A DNA stretch of 64,000 nt, taken from Eledone cirrhosa. Lineage: Eukaryota. Location of the stretch: positions 209,064,001 through 209,128,000 of the forward strand of contig OZ024741.1 in NCBI GenBank assembly GCA_964016885.1. The letters run 5' to 3'. Shown here piece after piece: positions 59,399-64,000 of the stretch. Made by a program: the position numbers and the translations under genes. The notes below the pieces were generated by a model. It was not told the DNA's origin. It saw only the letters and a program-made list of their open reading frames with translations, and made no database searches. Position 1 is the first letter of the stretch, and each line of letters starts with the position of its first letter.

Positions 59399-62300
59399 AA
59401 GACACATAGTGTTGACAATCTTTCACAACATTGTCATACTAAGACACATAGTGTTGACAATCTTTCACAACATTGTCGTACTAAGACAGTTACTGTTGAC
59501 AATCTTTCACAACATTGTCATACTAAGACAGTTACTGTTGACAATCTTTCACAACATTGTCGTACTAAGACACATAGTGTTGACAATCTTTCACAACATT
59601 GTCATACTAAGACACATACTGTTGACAATCTTTCACAACATTGTCATACTAAGACACATACTGTTGACAATCTTTCACAACATTGTCATACTAAGACACA
59701 TAGTGTTGACAATCTTTCACAACATTGTCATACTAAGACACATAGTGTTGACAATCTCTCACAACATTGTCATACTAAGACACATAGTGTTGACAATCTT
59801 TCACAACATTGTCGTACTAAGACAGTTACTGTTGACAATCTTTCACAACATTGTCGTACTAAGACACATAGTGTTGACAATCTTTCACAACATTGTCATA
59901 CTAAGACACATACTGTTGACAATCTTTCACAACATTGTCATGCTAAGACACATACTGTTGACAATCTTTCACAACATTGTCATACTAAGACACATAGTGT
60001 TGACAATCTTTCACAACATTGTCATACTAAGACACATACTGTTGACAATCTTTCACAACATTGTCATACTAAGACAGTTACTGTTGACAATCTTTCACAA
60101 CATTGTCGTACTAAGACACATAGTGTTGACAATCTTTCACAACATTGTCATACTAAGACACATACTGTTGACAATCTTTCACAACATTGTCATACTAAGA
60201 CAGTTACTGTTGACAATCTTTCACAACATTGTCATACTAAAACAGTTACTGTTGACAATCTTTCACAACATTGTCGTACTAAGACACATACTGTTAACAA
60301 TCTTTCACAACATTGTCATACTAAGACACATACTGTTAACAATCTTTCACAACATTGTCGTACTAAGACACATAGTGTTGACAATCTTTCACAACATTGT
60401 CATACTAAGACACATAGTGTTGACAATCTTTCACAACATTGTCGTACTAAGACAGTTACTGTTGACAATCTTTCACAACATTGTCATACTAAGACAGTTA
60501 CTGTTGACAATCTTTCACAACATTGTCGTACTAAGACACATAGTGTTGACAATCTTTCACAACATTGTCATACTAAGACACATACTGTTGACAATCTTTC
60601 ACAACATTGTCATACTAAGACACATACTGTTGACAATCTTTCACAACATTGTCATACTAAGACACATAGTGTTGACAATCTTTCACAACATTGTCATACT
60701 AAGACACATAGTGTTGACAATCTTTCACAACATTGTCGTACTAAGACAGTTACTGTTGACAATCTTTCACAACATTGTCGTACTAAGACACATACTGTTA
60801 ACAATCTTTCACAACATTGTCATACTAAGACACATAGTGTTGACAATCTTTCACAACATTGTCATACTAAGACACATACTGTTGACAATCTTTCACAACA
60901 TTGTCATACTAAGACACATAGTGTTGACAATCTTTCACAACATTGTCATACTAAGACACATACTGTTGACAATCTTTCACAACATTGTCATACTAAGACA
61001 CATACTGTTGACAATCTTTCACAACATTGTCATACTAAGACACATACTGTTGACAATCTTTCACAACATTGTCATACTAAGACACATAGTGTTGACAATC
61101 TTTCACAACATTGTCATACTAAGACACATACTGTTGACAATCTTTCACAACATTGTCATACTAAGACACATAGTGTTGACAATCTTTCACAACATTGTCG
61201 TACTAAGACAGTTGCTGTTGACAATCTTTCACAACATTGTCATACTAAGACAGTTACTGTTGACAATCTTTCACAACATTGTCGTACTAAGACACATACT
61301 GTTGACAATCTTTCACAACATTGTCATACTAAGACACATACTGTTAACAATCTTTCACAACATTGTCGTACTAAGACACATAGTGTTGACAATCTTTCAC
61401 AACATTGTCATACTAAGACACATAGTGTTGACAATCTTTCACAACATTGTCGTACTAAGACAGTTACTGTTGACAATCTTTCACAACATTGTCATACTAA
61501 GACAGTTACTGTTGACAATCTTTCTCAACATTGTCGTACTAAGACACATAGTGTTGACAATCTTTCACAACATTGTCATACTAAGACACATACTGTTGAC
61601 AATCTTTCACAACATTGTCATACTAAGACACATACTGTTGACAATCTTTCACAACATTGTCATACTAAGACACATAGTGTTGACAATCTTTCACAACATT
61701 GTCATACTAAGACACATAGTGTTGACAATCTCTCACAACATTGTCATACTAAGACACATAGTGTTGACAATCTTTCACAACATTGTCGTACTAAGACAGT
61801 TACTGTTGACAATCTTTCACAACATTGTCGTACTAAGACACATAGTGTTGACAATCTTTCACAACATTGTCATACTAAGACACATACTGTTGACAATCTT
61901 TCACAACATTGTCATGCTAAGACACATACTGTTGACAATCTTTCACAACATTGTCATACTAAGACACATAGTGTTGACAATCTTTCACAACATTGTCATA
62001 CTAAGACACATACTGTTGACAATCTTTCACAACATTGTCATACTAAGACAGTTACTGTTGACAATCTTTCACAACATTGTCGTACTAAGACACATAGTGT
62101 TGACAATCTTTCACAACATTGTCATACTAAGACACATACTGTTGACAATCTTTCACAACATTGTCATACTAAGACAGTTACTGTTGACAATCTTTCACAA
62201 CATTGTCATACTAAAACAGTTACTGTTGACAATCTTTCACAACATTGTCGTACTAAGACACATACTGTTAACAATCTTTCACAACATTGTCATACTAAGA

Positions 62301-62950
62301 CACATACTGTTAACAATCTTTCACAACATTGTCGTACTAAGACACATAGTGTTGACAATCTTTCACAACATTGTCATACTAAGACACATAGTGTTGACAA
62401 TCTTTCACAACATTGTCGTACTAAGACAGTTACTGTTGACAATCTTTCACAACATTGTCATACTAAGACAGTTACTGTTGACAATCTTTCACAACATTGT
62501 CGTACTAAGACACATAGTGTTGACAATCTTTCACAACATTGTCATACTAAGACACATACTGTTGACAATCTTTCACAACATTGTCATACTAAGACACATA
62601 CTGTTGACAATCTTTCACAACATTGTCATACTAAGACACATAGTGTTGACAATCTTTCACAACATTGTCATACTAAGACACATAGTGTTGACAATCTTTC
62701 ACAACATTGTCGTACTAAGACAGTTACTGTTGACAATCTTTCACAACATTGTCGTACTAAGACACATACTGTTAACAATCTTTCACAACATTGTCATACT
62801 AAGACACATAGTGTTGACAATCTTTCACAACATTGTCATACTAAGACACATACTGTTGACAATCTTTCACAACATTGTCATACTAAGACACATAGTGTTG
62901 ACAATCTTTCACAACATTGTCATACTAAGACACATACTGTTGACAATCTT
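59000..62950 (+). repeat. Distal 47-monomer (1974-bp) tandem duplication
   Basis: Rare variants recur at +1974: GTTGCTG at 59237/61211, TGCTAAG at 59941/61915 and CTAAAACAG at 60237/62211. Boundaries approximate. Confidence 0.85.
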
Positions 62951-64000
62951 TCACAACATTGTCATACTAAGACACATAGTGTTGACAATCTTTCACAACA
63001 TTGTCATACTAAGACACATACTGTTGACAATCTTTCACAACATTGTCATACTAAGACACATAGTGTTGACAATCTTTCACAACATTGTCGTACTAAGACA
63101 GTTACTGTTGACAATCTTTCACAACATTGTCATACTAAGACAGTTACTGTTGACAATCTTTCACAACATTGTCGTACTAAGACACATACTGTTAACAATC
63201 TTTCACAACATTGTCATACTAAGACACATACTGTTAACAATCTTTCACAACATTGTCGTACTAAGACACATAGTGTTGACAATCTTTCACAACATTGTCA
63301 TACTAAGACACATAGTGTTGACAATCTTTCACAACATAGTCGTACTAAGACAGTTACTGTTGACAATCTTTCACAACATTGTCATACTAAGACAGTTACT
63401 GTTGACAATCTTTCACAACATTGTCGTACTAAGACACATAGTGTTGACAATCTTTCACAACATTGTCATACTAAGACACATACTGTTGACAATCTTTCAC
63501 AACATTGTCATACTAAGACACATACTGTTGACAATCTTTCACAACATTGTCATACTAAGACACATAGTGTTGACAATCTTTCACAACATTGTCATACTAA
63601 GACACATAGTGTTGACAATCTCTCACAACATTGTCATACTAAGACACATAGTGTTGACAATCTTTCACAACATTGTCGTACTAAGACAGTTACTGTTGAC
63701 AATCTTTCACAACATTGTCGTACTAAGACACATAGTGTTGACAATCTTTCACAACATTGTCATACTAAGACACATACTGTTGACAATCTTTCACAACATT
63801 GTCATACTAAGACACATACTGTTGACAATCTTTCACAACATTGTCATACTAAGACACATAGTGTTGACAATCTTTCACAACATTGTCATACTAAGACATA
63901 CTGTTGACAATCTTTCACAACATTGTCATACTAAGACACATAGTGTTGACAATCTTTCACAACATTGTCATACTAAGACACATACTGTTGACAATCTTTC

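Larger units (their letters stand above)
4771..64000 (+). repeat. 42-bp tandem satellite array (~1410 monomers), continuing beyond the window
   Basis: Head-to-tail consensus GTTGACAATCTTTCACAACATTGTCATACTAAGACACATA[G/C]T. The first unit (4771-4806) is diverged. Single orientation, no inserted non-satellite sequence. Only rare 2-bp (15864, 17080, 30056, 31272, 44248, 57432, 63898) and 1-bp (53923, 56358) deletions were seen. Confidence 0.99.

Noticed and set aside
4679-63907. Giant ORFs (up to 4731 aa) of LTIFHNIVILRHIV or VDNLSQHCHTKTHS repeats
   Set aside because: The unit length is a multiple of 3, and a 14-codon unit is often stop-free by chance. Two overlapping frames are open and swap at 1-2 bp deletions, and stops and frameshifts are copied along with the HOR. 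No sign of coding constraint.
4807-64000. CRISPR-like appearance (GTT...AAC palindromic constant part plus variable part)
   Set aside because: The variable parts are a few alleles of one ~17-bp sequence, not unique spacers. There are no cas genes and the context is eukaryotic.

Overview
Eukaryotic, gene-free window. The SINE and microsatellite content resembles Octopus/coleoid cephalopod DNA (recalled resemblance, not searched). Bases 1-~4770 are a patchwork of microsatellites, degenerate tRNA-derived SINEs, a probable RTE-related element, a 94-nt long hairpin and a non-autonomous Helitron. Directly against the array lies a 5'-truncated, frameshifted 3' end of a CRE-like non-LTR retrotransposon (minus strand, peptide ..EPRELEWLFQRVSLTILRG/AFSILS..). 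From ~4771 to the window end is one head-to-tail 42-bp satellite (~1410 monomers, consensus GTTGACAATCTTTCACAACATTGTCATACTAAGACACATAGT, 33% GC). It has nested higher-order periods of 3, 9, 29, 47, 58, 61/63 and ~338 monomers (14,192 bp). The giant ORFs in the track are by-products of a 42-bp unit lacking stops in two frames and are not called genes. No clearly new biological system is demonstrable from sequence alone. The best leads are the CRE/satellite junction with orphan monomers on its far side, the hierarchical HOR architecture, the TGACAAT-N10-ATTGTCA dyad in helically phased monomers, and the long hairpin at 1739-1832.
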